Positions 49,101 to 62,308 of a DNA stretch of 64,000 nt are shown in pieces. Where the stretch lies: NCBI GenBank assembly GCA_043228905.1, contig JBHGNT010000008.1, positions 9,176,001 to 9,240,000 of the forward strand. Reading direction: 5' to 3'. Within the stretch, counting starts at the first letter, position 1, and each line of letters starts with the position of its first letter. The translations under genes and the position numbers were made by a program. The notes under the pieces are model-generated. The model saw only the letters and a list, made by a program, of their open reading frames with translations, made no database searches and was not told the origin of the DNA. The DNA is from Azolla caroliniana (lineage: Eukaryota > Plantae > Polypodiophyta).

Positions 49101-51727
49101 TAAAATCCAAACTGTACTAGAGTGGCAAATTCCACGGTCGGTACGAGATGTACAATGTTTTCTAGGTTTTGCTAACTTCTACCGTAAGTTTCTAAAGGAT
49201 TACTCGAAGATTATTTTACCTCTCACACAACTTACGAAGAAGGGCCAAGTATTTCTTTGGTCCATAGAAGCAGATATGGCTTTTTGGCATCTTAAGAAAG
49301 GCTTTACATCAGCACCGATTCTAGCTCATGTGGATACAAGAAAACCATTCATCATGGAGGCCGACGCATCAGATTTCGCCCTCGGTAGCATCCTTTCTCA
49401 ACAAGGCGATAAAGAAGAGTTGCATCCGGTGGCTTTCCATTCACGCAAATTCGATGTCGCAGAAATCAACTACGAAATACATGACAAGGAGTTATTAGCC
49501 ATCGTGGATTCATTTGTACAATGGCGGCATTTCTTAGAGGGCTCTCCACATCAGGTCATTGTCTTTAGCGATCATAAAAATCTTGCTTATTTTCAGAACG
49601 CTCGCGTACTAAATCGACGGCAAGCTCGGTGGGCGCAATTCCTCACGCGTTTCGACTTCAAAATCACGTATTGACGGGGGAAGCAGCAAGGAAAAGCAGA
49701 TGCACTATCACGGCGTTCATATCTTGCACCTCGTCCTGGTGACGCAACATTTGATAATCAAAAGCAAGTAATCTTGGGACCAACACGATTGCACACGACG
49801 CGGATTTTTCACACCCCGATGGATTCACGGATTACCGATGACATACGTGCAACCTTGAAGACGGATAGTTTTGCTCAAGGCATCCTGTTCTCAGTCTCAA
49901 CAACCAGGTATTGACTACCGACAATTCGAATATCATGATGGTTTGTTATTCTTTAAAAAGCGCGTATATGTCCCCGATTGCTCCTGTCGGCTTCAAATCG
50001 TCCAACATTGTCACGACACTCATACGGTGGGACATTTCGGTAGTACTAAGACGTTGGAGCTAGTGCAGCGATCTTTTTGGTGGCCCCACATGCGCCGTTT
50101 TGTCGACGACTACGTTCGGACCTGTGATGCTTGCTGCCGAGCAAAGATGCCACGACACCATCCATATGGCTTGTTGGAACCCTTACCAATTCCAAGTAAG
50201 ACGTGGCAGTCTATTTGTCTTGATTTTATCACAGATTTGCCGGTCTCGAAGGGGTTCGATGCTATCTTAACCGTCGTCGATCGATATACGAAGATGGCAC
50301 ATTTTGTGCCATGTACTAAAGCCATCACTAGCGAGGAAACCGCCGCTCTTGTTATGCATGAGGTATTTCGGCATCATGGCCTCCCAGACAGTATTATCAA
50401 TGACCGAGGCCCGCAATTTGTCTCCAAATTTTGGCAACATCTCTTCAAGATGCTCAAGGTCTCCTGCAACCTCTCCTCCAGCTACCATCCTCAGACCGAC
50501 GGGTAGGCGGAACGAACAAACCAAACGCTGGAGCAATATCTCTGGTGTTTCCTGAGTTATCAACAGGACGATTGGGCCGAGATTCTCCACTTTGTGGAGT
50601 TTGCGTATAATAATGCTATTCACTCCTCGACTCGGGTCTCCCCATTTTTCGCTTATACCGGTTTCCATCCTCGTTGGTCGGTGATCGACACTCCGGAGCT
50701 ACCTACCAACCCTCGTGCCGAGGATCATTTGGAGAGGCTACGCAAGATCTCTCTACTCACCTTCATCATGCTCAACACACATAGAAGACTTATGCGGATC
50801 GTCATCGGATTCCCTCCTCTTTTGCCATCGGAGATCGAGTATGGCTCTTCCGTCATCACATCAAGACTACTCGACCGTGCGACAAGTTGGATTATCGACG
50901 ACTCGGTCCCTTCCGTATTACGGGTAAGATTAATGATGTCACCTTCCGCCTTGATCTCCCTCCGCAACTTCAGATACATCCGGTTTTCCATTGTTCTCTT
51001 CTTGAACCTTATAAAGCCAACACCATTCCCGATCGTGTGACACCACCGCCGCCCCCGCTGGAGTTGGACGTCGGCCCGGAGTATGAAGTTGCTGCCATCC
51101 TCGATTCCAAACTTGTTCGCAACAAACTTTATTACTTGGTCGATTGGCTCGGTTATAGTCCGAGTGAATGTACTTGAGAACCCGTTGAGCATGTTGCCAA
51201 TGCTCAGGATCTTCTTGCTGATATCCACCGAAAGTATCCGGACAACCCCGGTCCACAATCAGCGCCGACTTGTTCCACTCGTCGTCTTTAAGGGGGAGAT
51301 AGTTTCATGATATGGCAACACTCGAACCCATGACCTTATGCTACATGGGTCGAGCTCTTACCATTAGACTATGAATTGTAATACGTAGGATATTATTTTC
51401 ATTTATGCTTTATCCATAGAAAATTGATGTATATTCCAGATCTCTCTAGAACATTCTAGAAGCTTCAGGATTATTCCTGAGAACACTATAAAAGAGGGCA
51501 CTAGGAATTATGTTGAACCAAATTGGTTCAACACCAGTCTTAAGCCTCTTAGCCGATTTGTACTTATCTTTCATATAATATAAGAGCTGTTGTCATCATC
51601 TTATCTCTCTCTCTCCTCTTCTCACTTCCTCTCTCTTGGGAATATTACGCAGTCCCGTCCTCTTAGTACTAATAGTACTACTCTTCTTAGTACTAATTCC
51701 ATCTCTGCTTTAGTACTATTCCTGACA
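46107..51727 (+). mobile_element. Tcn1-like chromovirus T2, degenerate, inserted between RNase H and integrase of O
   Basis: LTRs 46107-46530 and 51303-51727; TSD ATAAC; PPT aagggggagatag; gag ~46605-47761 and pol to ~51290 broken by stops and frameshifts; chromodomain EYEVAAILDSKLVRNKLYYLVDWLGY. Confidence 0.93.
46251..46297 (+). promoter_or_regulatory. Perfect four-unit heat-shock element plus TATA box in the T2 5' LTR (also 53416-53462 in T3 and both 3' LTRs)
   Basis: aGAAc aTTCt aGAAg cTTCa, then tataaaag about 20 bp downstream. Confidence 0.75.
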
Positions 51728-53781
51728 ATAACCGAATCCGATAATGAATAAGTTTCCGAAGACTACTTTACTTCGAAGCACATATGCCGGGTAGAAGAAT
51801 ATGAGGGAAGAAGAATATGAGGGAGAAAGCTTGTTGATCGGGAAAGTGCTACAAGAAATCGAGGAATCATCGGACAATAAAGAGAAGAGAGCCGAGAACC
51901 AAAGTAAGAAGCGGCAGGTCCAAAAGTTCTTCTTGAAAAATGGATTAATATGGAGGGAGCCCAAAAAACCGGATGGCATACCACTTCGGGTAGTCGGGAC
52001 GAAAGAGCAACGAAACCAGATAATGTCCGAATTTCACGAATCCGATTGGGCTGGACATCAAGGGACATGGGCAACTTTTGTGAAAATCAAACAAAAATAT
52101 TGGTGGAAGAACATGTACAAAGATATAGCGGAGTTCACAAAAAGCTGCGAGAAGTGTCAAATCTACTCCGGAGTTCGACACCGAGATGAGTTACATCTGA
52201 CATTCTCACCGAGAATCAACTTCAAATGGATGGTCGATATTGTAGCCATGCCAACCGGGATCGGACAAAAGAAGTACTTGGTGTTAGCTCAAGAAGATCT
52301 CACAAACCAAGTAGAAGGTCGGGCGCTACGGAGGAAAACGTGTTCTGCAGTAGGCCAATTCCTTTTCGAAGAAGTGTTTTGCAGGTACGGGTGCGTAGGA
52401 CAAGTGATTGCGGATCGGGGAGAACTCGACTCTGATAAAGCTAAGGAATTCTTCACCAAACATGGAGTTCGGTTAACACTAACAACGGCATACAATCCGG
52501 AGGCCAACGGGAAAATCAAACGAGGACATAGTCCGATCGTTAAAGCACTTGCGAAGGCATGCGATGGAAGGGTGAAGGATTGGCCGTAGATGCTTCCGTA
52601 TGCACTATGGGCGGATCGGACGACGCATAGCTCCGTAACCGGTTACATGCCGGCAAAACTCATGACCGGACAAGCACCGGTAATGCCAACAAAAACCGCG
52701 ATCGCGACATGGACAGTGCTACCGTGGAAGGAAGAGATGAGCTGGGAAGAACTACTAGCGGTCCGGATACGACAACTAGAGGGAAGACCGGAAGACATAG
52801 CGGAAGCAATATGCCGACAACAAGAAGCGTGATTCCGGAATAAAAGCCGGTTCGACACAAAGCACCGACTACAACCGCGGAAGATTGAAGAAGGAGATTG
52901 GGTGATTGTCTACGACAGTAGTTTGGATCATCAATATACAACGATGCGGAAGTTCACAAAAATGTGGTTCGGGCTATACGAGGTTCGGAAAGTTTTCGAC
53001 AACGGAACTTACTGACTATGCGAGTTGGATGGAACGATGCTACAAGTGCCTATAGCCGGGAAACGGGTGAAGATTTTCAAGAAGCGGACTGATGAAGAAC
53101 CCTATGTGATCCTAGATAAGACCGACAAGGAGGAGCAATCGAACGAAGAACGTGGTGATGCGGAAAGTGAAGAAAGTGGATTACAACTCATAGTCGACTT
53201 AAGGGGAGAATCAGAGGAAGTTTCGGATGAAGGTGAATAGCAAGCATCGGGGACTTCGGCACATACCGGATGTCATGATATGGCAAGACTCGAACCCATG
53301 ACCTTAGGTTATATGGGTCGAGCTCTTGACCATTAGACCATCTATTGTAATACGTAGAATATTATTTTCATTTACATTTTATTATAGGAAATTAGTGTAT
53401 ATTCCAGATTTCTCTGGAACATTCTAGAAGCTTCAGGATTACTCCTGAAAACACTATAAAAGAGGGCACTAGGCATTATGTTGAACCAAATTGGTTCAAC
53501 ACCAGTCTTAAGCCTTTTAGCCACCATTGTATATTCTCTTCATATAATACATATCTTTCTTATCATCACTCTCTCTCTCTCTCTCGATCTCTCTCTTTCT
53601 CTCCGTCTCGCTCACTCCTTCCTTCTCTCGAAGAAGTTCTACACCTCTCATAGTACTAATCCTTCGTTTAGTACTAATTCCTTCTCTGTCTCAGTACTGT
53701 TCCTAACAGTTTGAACCAATTTTCCTACCTTCTATCTCTCTCATTTCCTACTAATCTCTTATTCCTCTTTTCTTTCATCCC

Positions 53782-54933
53782 ATGGCCACTGTTAGCGCTG
53801 AAGAATATCAATCTATTTTCTCGGAATTTCAATGTTTGAAAGAGAAGTTCCATGCTTTGGAACAAGAAAACCAACGGTTGTTGGGGGATCTTCAGCAAAT
53901 CTCCTTAGAAAAGCAGCAAACGCAACAACAGCATGGGGAACTTGCGTTACGCGTGCAACAACTCGAAGCAACCATCGTAGCGATGCAACAACAAGGGCCC
54001 GGAACACAAGGGATTCATAAAGAACCCAAGATTGGCCTTCCCACGAAGTTCGATGGAACGCGATCGCAATTTAGAGGGTTCCTTAACCAGGTACGATTAG
54101 TTATCCAAATGCATCCTTCCCGATATCCCACCAATGCATCACGAGTGGGTTTAGTAGGCACTTTGTTAAGTGGCTCAGCGTTGTCATGGTTCGCTCCACT
54201 ATTAGAAAAGGAATCTCCGTTACTCAACCATTTTGAAGAGTTTCTAGGTGAGTTTAAAGCATGTTTCGGAGATACTGACAGCATCAGGACCGCAATCAAC
54301 AAAATTCGGCGATTACGCCAAGGTGACCGTCCAGCCTCCGCATACGCTGCAGATTTTCGCCTACTCACCGCCGATATCCCTTGGGATGATCAAGCGTTGA
54401 TGGAGCAATTCCGTTATGGTTTACGCAACGACGTTAAGGATTTACTCTTGACCTTCCCCGAAGAGCCAAAGTCCTTAACAAAAGCAATCAGTCGCGCGGT
54501 GAGATGTGACAACCGCCTCTTTGAGCGACATTTGGAAAGACAGCTACAGATGCCGAGGCCAAGATCAGAGCCCACCTACGCCTCAGTGGTAGCAAGACCT
54601 TTTCCGAGGGAGTCATATAATGCGCCTCCAGCGAATACTCCGACTCCGATGGAGATTGACACTACACGTCGTCGAGGGCCATTATCCGAAGAAGAAAAGC
54701 AGCGACGTCGTACAAATCGACTATGTCTTTACTGCGGTGGACCAGGACATATTGCAATAAATTGCCCCCATAGGCCTCGAAGACAGGTAAACCAAATAAT
54801 CGCTAGTTCTAATTGTACTAAACCCGAGCCTATTTCAGTAGGGATATCTGATAGTCCTAATAGTACTAATAGCCTAGATCTAGCGAACAAATTTGATGTC
54901 CTTAGTCAATTAGAAGAAGAGTTAAACAACTAA
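53782..54933 (+). CDS. T3 Gag, intact 383 aa
   Basis: PTKFDGTRSQFRGFLNQV, LRQG, PTPMEID, CLYCGGPGHIAINC. Confidence 0.9.
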   Translation: MATVSAEEYQSIFSEFQCLKEKFHALEQENQRLLGDLQQISLEKQQTQQQHGELALRVQQLEATIVAMQQQGPGTQGIHKEPKIGLPTKFDGTRSQFRGFLNQVRLVIQMHPSRYPTNASRVGLVGTLLSGSALSWFAPLLEKESPLLNHFEEFLGEFKACFGDTDSIRTAINKIRRLRQGDRPASAYAADFRLLTADIPWDDQALMEQFRYGLRNDVKDLLLTFPEEPKSLTKAISRAVRCDNRLFERHLERQLQMPRPRSEPTYASVVARPFPRESYNAPPANTPTPMEIDTTRRRGPLSEEEKQRRRTNRLCLYCGGPGHIAINCPHRPRRQVNQIIASSNCTKPEPISVGISDSPNSTNSLDLANKFDVLSQLEEELNN

Positions 54934-57900
54934 GACCAGCCAAAATAGGAGCCGTTTGGTTGGACAGCCCTAGATCTGTGCAGCCCATTAGTGGTTCCAT
55001 TCCCTCTAAGCAAGTTAGTGATGTGTTCGTAGCCCAAGTAATAGTTAGTACTAAAAGTACCCCTCCAGTACATGTCCTAGCACTCCTAGATTCCGGAGCT
55101 AACTCTTGCTTTATGGATAAGAAATTTGCTCAAGCTCATAAGATATCCTTAAGAAAACTCCAGTGTCCAGCCTCTGTAGTAGTCATTGATGGACGTCCCA
55201 TTGCTTCCGGAAATATCATAGAAGAGTCAGAGCCCATTAATATTGTCCTAGATAACTTAGCATGTGTAGTATCATTTAATATTATTAGTATCCCAGAACA
55301 TCCTATAGTTTTAGGATTACCGTGGTTCGAGTTACATAACCCAGACATAGATTGGAGAACAAGAGAAATCCGGTGTCGACAAACCCAAGGGTCAACTCAG
55401 AAGATGGAAACCATTTCGCTACGTCAATTGCGTAAAGAAGGGCGTGAGGAGGAAATGTTCCTCTTTGCAATATCAGTAAACCCCTCCAGCACCACTAAAG
55501 AAGAATCCACCATTCAACTTCCTGAGAAGTATCGTCATTACGCCGATGTGTTTGATAAAGTACAAGCCAACACACTTCCTCATCATCGACTGTACGATTG
55601 CCCCATCGATTTACAACCGGGAAAAGAGCCGCCATGGGGACCGATCTACAATTTGTCACCAACCGAGCTGGAAGTCCTTCGGATCTATATCGAGGAGAAT
55701 TTGGAAAATGGTTTCATTCGACATTCGAAATCTCCAGCCGGCGCGCCCATTTTCTTCGTCAAGAAAAAAGATGGATCGCTTCGTCTCGTTGTAGATTACC
55801 GTGGCTTGAATAAGGTTACAATCAGGAATAGGTATGCTCTTCCCCTTATCTCAAGTCTTTTAGAATGGATCAATGGTGCTAGGTTCTTCACGAAGATCGA
55901 CTTACGGGGAGCATATAACCTCGTACGGATCCGACCAGGAGACAAATGGAAGACCGCGTTTCGCACCAAATATGGGCACTTCGAGTATATGGTCATGCCG
56001 TTCGGCCTCACTAATGCGCCGGCAGTCTTCCAGCACATGGCTAATGATATATTCCGAGATCTAATGGATGATTGTTTGATCATCTATTTGGATGATCTAC
56101 TGGTTTATTCAAAGACCCAAGAAGAACATGATTCTCATGTACTATTAGTACTAAAACGACTTCGAGAACATGGTCTATATGCAAAGCTGGAAAAATGTAG
56201 TTTCGGGTGCAACCAAGTGGAATTTCTCGGCTACATCATTTCGTCAGAAGGCATCTCCATGGACCCAGCTAAGGTCAAAACGGTGGTAGAATGGCAGACT
56301 CCGCGTTCGGTGTGGGATGTGCAATGCTTCCTAGGCTTTGCCAATTTTTACCGGAAGTTCATACAAGATTACTCAAAGATCGTTCTACCTCTCACACAAA
56401 TTACTAGGAAGGGACAACCGTTCATCTGGTCTGAAGAAATGGACATGGCTTTTGAGAGTCTTAAAAAGGCATTTACATCGGCTCCAATTCTAGCTCATGT
56501 CGATCCGGAAAAAGCATTCATTATCGAAGCTGACGCATCGGATTTTGCATTGGGGAGCATTTTGTCACAACAGGGGAATGATGAGAAGCTACATCCTGTG
56601 GCTTTTCACTCACGTAAGTTTGACGCCGCCGAAATTAACTACGCTATTCATGATAAGGAGCTATTGGCAATAGTGGATTCTTTTATGCAATGGAGGCATT
56701 TTCTGGAGGGATCCTCTCATCCAGTCATCGTATTTAGTGATCACAAGAATCTTGCCTACTTTCAGGATGCTCGTGTGTTGAATCGACGTCAAGCTCGGTG
56801 GGCCCACTTCCTCACGCGTTTCGACTTCAAAATTACATATCGTCCGGGGAAGCACCAAGGGAAGGCAGATGCATTATCACGACGTTCGTATCTAGCACCC
56901 CGTCCCGACGAGCCAGCTTTCGATAACCAAAAACAAGTCATCTTGGGACCGGCACGACTACAAGCAACACAGATCTTTGACATGCCCATGGATTCCCACG
57001 TTATCGATACCATACGTGAAGACTTGAAGACAGATGCGTTCGCCCAAGCTATACTAGCACAAATTGATCCCTCTCGAGCGTCGTGTTCATAGTCGCAACC
57101 ACCAGGTACGGACTATCGGCAATTCAAATACCAAGATGGATTACTCTTCTTTAAAGAACTTTTGTATGTTCCTAATGGTTCTTGCTGCCTTCGAGTAGTT
57201 CAAAACTGCCATGACACATATACAACTGGGCATTTTGGTAGTACTAAAACATTACATTTAGTACAATGATCATTATGGTGGCCCTGTATGCGACAATTTG
57301 TCGAGGATTTTGTTTGGACTTGTGATACATGTTGCAGAGAGAAAATGCCAAGGCATCATCCATATGGTTTATTAGAACCATTACCAATTCCAAGCAAGCC
57401 GTGGCAATCCATTGCTCTAGACTTCATCACAGATCTTCCAATCTCTAAGGGGTTCAATGAGATTCTAACGGTGGTCGATCGATACACGAAGATGGCTCAT
57501 TTCTTGCCATGTACTAAGGAGATCTCCAGTGAACACACTGCCGAAATTGTCATGCGTGAAGTATGTCGGCATCATGGACTTCCCGATAGTATCATCAGCA
57601 ACCGTGGACCCCAGTTCGTGTCAAAATTCTGGAAGCACCTTTTTAACATGCTCAAGGTCTCTTGTAACCTCTCCTCCGGCTACCACCCACAAACCGACGG
57701 CCAAGCTGAACGAACAAATCAAACGCTGGAGCAGTATCTGCGGTGCTTTCTCAATTATCATCAGGACGACTGGGCAGATATTCTCCACTTCGCCGAATTT
57801 GCCTATAACAACTCTATCCACGCATCCACTAAAGTTATGCCATTTTATGCTTATACGGGATGTCACCCCCGGTGGAATGTACTTGAAACCCCAGAGGTGT

Positions 57901-58517
57901 CCACAAATCCGTGCGCGGAGGATCGTTTGGAGTGGTTACGCAAGATACAAGCGGATTTATCTACTCATCTCTAGCAAGCTCAACAAACACACAAGGTCTA
58001 CGCGGATCGACATCGACTTCCATCCAGTTTTAATATTGGAGATCGGGTGTGGCTGCTATGACGACACATCAAGACTACTCGCCCATGTGAGAAGTTGGAT
58101 TATCGGCGATTAGGTCCTTTCCGTATTATTGGACAGATTAATGATGTCGCTTTTCGTCTCGATCTACCTCCTCAACTTCGGATACATCCGGTGTTTCATA
58201 GTTCTCTCCTCGAACCCTACCACGAGAGCACCATCCCAGGACGTCTTATCCAACCTCCACCCCCGATCGAGCTTGAAGATGGGCCGGAGTACGAGGTTGC
58301 CGCCATCCTTGATTCCAAGATTGTTCGCAACAAGCTCTACTATATAGTCGATTGGCTAGGCTATAGTCCCAGCGAACGTACTTGGGAACCGATCGAGAAT
58401 GTGACCAATGCTCGTGCTCTTCTTGAAGACTTCCATCGTCAATATCCACACAAACTGGGTCCTCAATCCAAGACGACTCGTGACACTCATCGTTTTAAAG
58501 GGGGGATAGTGTCATGA
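54921..58517 (+). pseudogene. T3 Pol (PR-RT-RH-INT-chromodomain) with several in-frame stops
   Basis: ORFs 54960-57092, 57288-57974 and 58095-58517 are in one frame, separated by TAG/TGA codons. Confidence 0.9.
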
Positions 58518-58982
58518 TATGGCAAGACTCGAACCCATGACCTTAGGTTATATGGGTCGAGCTCTTGACCATTAGACCATCTATTGTAATACGTAGGATA
58601 TTATTTTCATTTACATTTTATTATAGGAAATTAGTGTATATTCTAGATTTCTCTGGAACATTCTAGAAGCTTCAGGATTACTCCTGAAAACACTATAAAA
58701 GAGGGCACTAGGCATTATGTTGAACCAAATTGGTTCAACACCAGTCTTAAGCCTTTTAGCCACCATTGTATATTCTCTTCATATAATACATATCTTTCTT
58801 ATCATCACTCTCTCTCTCTCTCTCGATCTCTCTCTTTCTCTTCATCTCGCTCACTCCTTCCTTCTCTCGAAGAAGTTCTACACCTCTCATAGTACTAATC
58901 CTTCCTTCGTTTAGTACTAATTCCTTCTCTGTCTCAGTACTGTTCCTGACACCGGAGGATGTGCGGGTTCGGAGGGGGCGAG

Positions 58983-59646
58983 TGTCGTAGTGTGAATCAC
59001 ACACTACGTGAAATATGTAAAATACTATATCCGATTTAAAGTACGTATAATAAATAAAATAAAATATTAAAAATATTTATTACATGCATAGGGTAAGATT
59101 GAAACCTTGTACCTCCACGTAAACAAACCCCAACCTTACCATTGTACTAACTTATCCTAATTGTTTTAAATATAGGTTTAATACGTATAAGACCTTTATT
59201 TAGGCCTACCTTTGTTAAAAGGTAAGTCATGCATTTTTTAGAATGCGTGAATACTTTATTTATAAGAAAAATGTACACCAATAAAAAATCACTCGTGCAC
59301 ATCTAGTGTGCATGAACACTTTAGAAAAAGCAGGAAGCTATGCTTAGCCTCTTCCATCCTTATATAAGGGGGAGAGAAAGATGTATGGGGGGTTGTTGAT
59401 TATTTTACAAGGGTTGATTAATATAATATATTCGTGGGATTCACGAATTTGCTAACTATTTTTCTCTCTTAATCGGAGTACTCACTAATACACTATACTC
59501 GTGGGATTCACGAGTTTTTCCATAACTTTCTTTCTTACAATATATTTCATATTCTTAATTTCCTTAGAATTTTCTTTTCTCCTTGTCCAAAACCTCAATG
59601 ATTCCCACCTGACTCACGCAACAATCCGGAGCCGAAAGGCACGACA
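58983..59646 (+). repeat. 3' LTR of outer element O (uninterrupted, 664 bp)
   Basis: Matches 5391-5629 joined to 13811-14234; TATA-like tatataag at ~59361. Confidence 0.93.
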
Positions 59647-62308
59647 ACGGGGATGTCCTCAACGTCATTGTAGCTCAACTAGGTGTCCAACAAGTGTTTA
59701 AGTGTCCTTGGTATTTGGTATACTAGATAGCAATAATATTAAAAGAAATTTCAAAAATATCTCCAATAATTTTGAAAATTTCAATAACTACCCTTGGTCA
59801 AAAAAGGTATGCATACACTTCTTTACAAACTCCACAGGGTAGGTAATTACTTTTTAACTATATGAGAAAAATTAAAAGAACCCAAATGGAATGCCACATT
59901 GGTAAACATATTGGTATTCCGTGTGGGGTCATTTCCTCGCCAATCCATATTCAAAATCTTCCCCGGGGACATCGATCCTTTCTAGGTTATGAAGGAACCA
60001 ATCAAATAGTTGATCTAGTCTATAACTTGTTTAATCTGGGCATGGAAGATCACTTATTAGATGTTTTTGGTGGTCATTTGATTCAAAGGTTCTAAAGTAT
60101 TCAACCCAAGATGACCATGAGGATGTTTTGAGGTTCTTTCCAATCTCTCAGACCAATTAAACTACATTGTCATGTATTAAGAGTTCCTTCATCACATTAG
60201 CAAGGAAACGAATAAGTGTAAGTGAGTAATGTTTCTTGAAGGGATTGCCTTCATGGCCATATTTGAGGCATTTTAAACAACACATGTACAACTTGGATTG
60301 AGGGGAAAAGATTAGATTCGGGCCTTCATGACCACAAGCCTATGCGAGATTGGATTCAGACATGTTCAAGTCTAGATTTAGGAAGAGTGTTGGCATATTA
60401 GATAAAATCCAATATGATGCAAATCAGGTTAAGTGAAGCACCAAATTTGAAGTAATCTAGCAAAAAACAAGACGACAAGAGAAAGGCCGAAAATAACCAA
60501 ATGAAAGAAAGCATATTCTAAACATTGTTGAATCGTGGTATTTTGCCACTACATGATGTTTTTACTATAGTGTACAATGGCAATATTCCTAAGCGCACAA
60601 CGTTTTGAATGTGGGTTTATATACGAACCTTGTCGTTATTTAATAACATGGAATTTTCAAGTTTAGGGCCGGCATTTCATAACTAGAATTCTAATTATTG
60701 AAGTCGTGTGGAGAAAGGGCGTCGAAGGCATCACAATAAGGGAAAAGAGGCAACACTAATAAAAAAGTGAACAAACGCATGTTCTATTCAAGAGAGCTGG
60801 CATGTGGTGAAAGAGGAAGAGATAAGCATTCGGGGGCTCTAGAAGAAAGGAAAAGGACATGTCAAGGCCTAGATTTTGGATTTGCATATACTCCATGACC
60901 ATAAATTACTCAGTATCAAGCCTTGTTTTTTCTTGCATTTGCATTACTCCATATACTTGAATTCATACCAAAAAAAAAATCTTGGATCTCTAAGTGCCTT
61001 GTTTCCTAAATATTTTTTGTCACCACTTGTTTCAAGGCACTTGGTTCGGAATCACATAAATTTTGATCCTTAAAACCAGCGATTAATGGCATCATGAGAC
61101 CACATCTGTGGTAGCCCTACATCCAAGAGGCTTGGATCACAGCTAGATGCCCTCTGTCACCATAAAGATGATATATTATCAAGACAATTTTATAGGCATA
61201 GGAGAGTCTAGTTATATTCCCTACTTGTACATTCTATTGCATACAAGAGCAACCACTAATACCCCTAACTACATGCTGCATTATGATCATAGACTTTTTG
61301 CCTCATCACTTCAAATTTTCAGCATTATTTTCCTTTATTGGATACCTAGGCAACTCTACTTCATGCAATTTCTGAATTGTCTCATACTGGACTTCAAGCA
61401 TCTAGTAGTGGTTAATGTAAATTATTTTTCTCTTTGAAGTTTGGACATTAAAAAGACATCTATCTATTTATCTATAATGTAAAATGCTCCCAAGGACAGC
61501 AATCTATCTTCTCTTTCTCTTTTTCACATTTTACATTCCACTCGTTCCTATTAATTAGCATGTATACTACGCACAGTTTCACATTTTAGTTGGGATGACT
61601 TTTTATGTTCCATCATTGCATATCCATAACATGCTACCTGTGGTGGGACTAACCAAGACTCCCCATCAAAAATATGCAAGTGACCTATCTAGCTCAAACT
61701 TTGATCATGCCCCACCTATTATTCCAAGAGTTAATAATAAATCTAGTCGAAAAAAATTTAATCACCAATAAATGTAGAATTGTACACATTGAATTAAGTC
61801 AATATGTAAAAAGATTGCAAAAACCACTGAAGACTAATATGACATCTGAAATGTAAAATCTCTCAAAGGGAGCCCATTATATCCAGCAATTGAAGGAACA
61901 GTCTTGCATATGACATAGGTGGGCAATCTTATGAAATAAGTCACGCATAATAATTAATTCCGAGTGTAGAATCTCGCAAATAGAGTCCATTACATCCAGC
62001 ACTTGAACAGATACAGCCTTGCATATCACATAGGTGGGTAGTGATCTCATTTCTCAGCACAGACATAATATAGAAACATAGTACAATCGAATTCAATGCA
62101 ATTAATACACCGCAATGATCATTCTAAGTTGTTTATTCAACTTAAAATCCCAAAAAATACTGTCTTGGTTGCAAATATTACAAATGCTACAAATGTAAAG
62201 CTTTCAACAAAATAAAAAGTGAAAGAAATACCTCAATCCAAAGCATTAATGTGCAGATGATATCAAATTAATGCATAGATAATATCGCATTAATATGCAA
62301 AGATGATA

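Larger units (their letters stand above)
32486..53240 (+). pseudogene. Pol (RT-RNase H-integrase) of O, in pieces 32486-33450, 45066-46106, 51733-53240
   Basis: RT PYSNRWFTVPKKNGSLRFIQDLQPVN, LPQGATNS, FLDD; RNase H VTVDTS, KRELWGI, ETDC, VADMLSR; integrase WAGH..YWWKNM..CEKCQ, WMVD, IADRGE, YNPEANG; no chromodomain. Confidence 0.88.
53271..58951 (+). mobile_element. Tcn1-like chromovirus T3 (sister of T2) inserted just upstream of the PPT of O
   Basis: LTRs 53271-53708 and 58510-58951; TSD CCGGA; PPT aaaggggggatag. Confidence 0.94.
5391..59646 (+). mobile_element. Outer host element O: non-chromovirus Ty3/gypsy (Phygy/Selgy-like), ~7 kb once nested inserts are removed
   Basis: 5' LTR 5391-14234 (interrupted) and 3' LTR 58983-59646 (tgtcg...cgaca). 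4-bp TSD ACGG at 5387-5390 and 59647-59650. tRNA-Trp-type PBS at 14239, PPT ggagggggcgag at 58971-58982. Gag-PR-RT-RH-INT order is recoverable across the insertions. Confidence 0.92.

Noticed and set aside
59651-62300. Short ORFs in the AT-rich region between the nest and the RING gene
   Set aside because: No recognisable domains or splice-supported structure; treated as intergenic sequence or 3' UTR.
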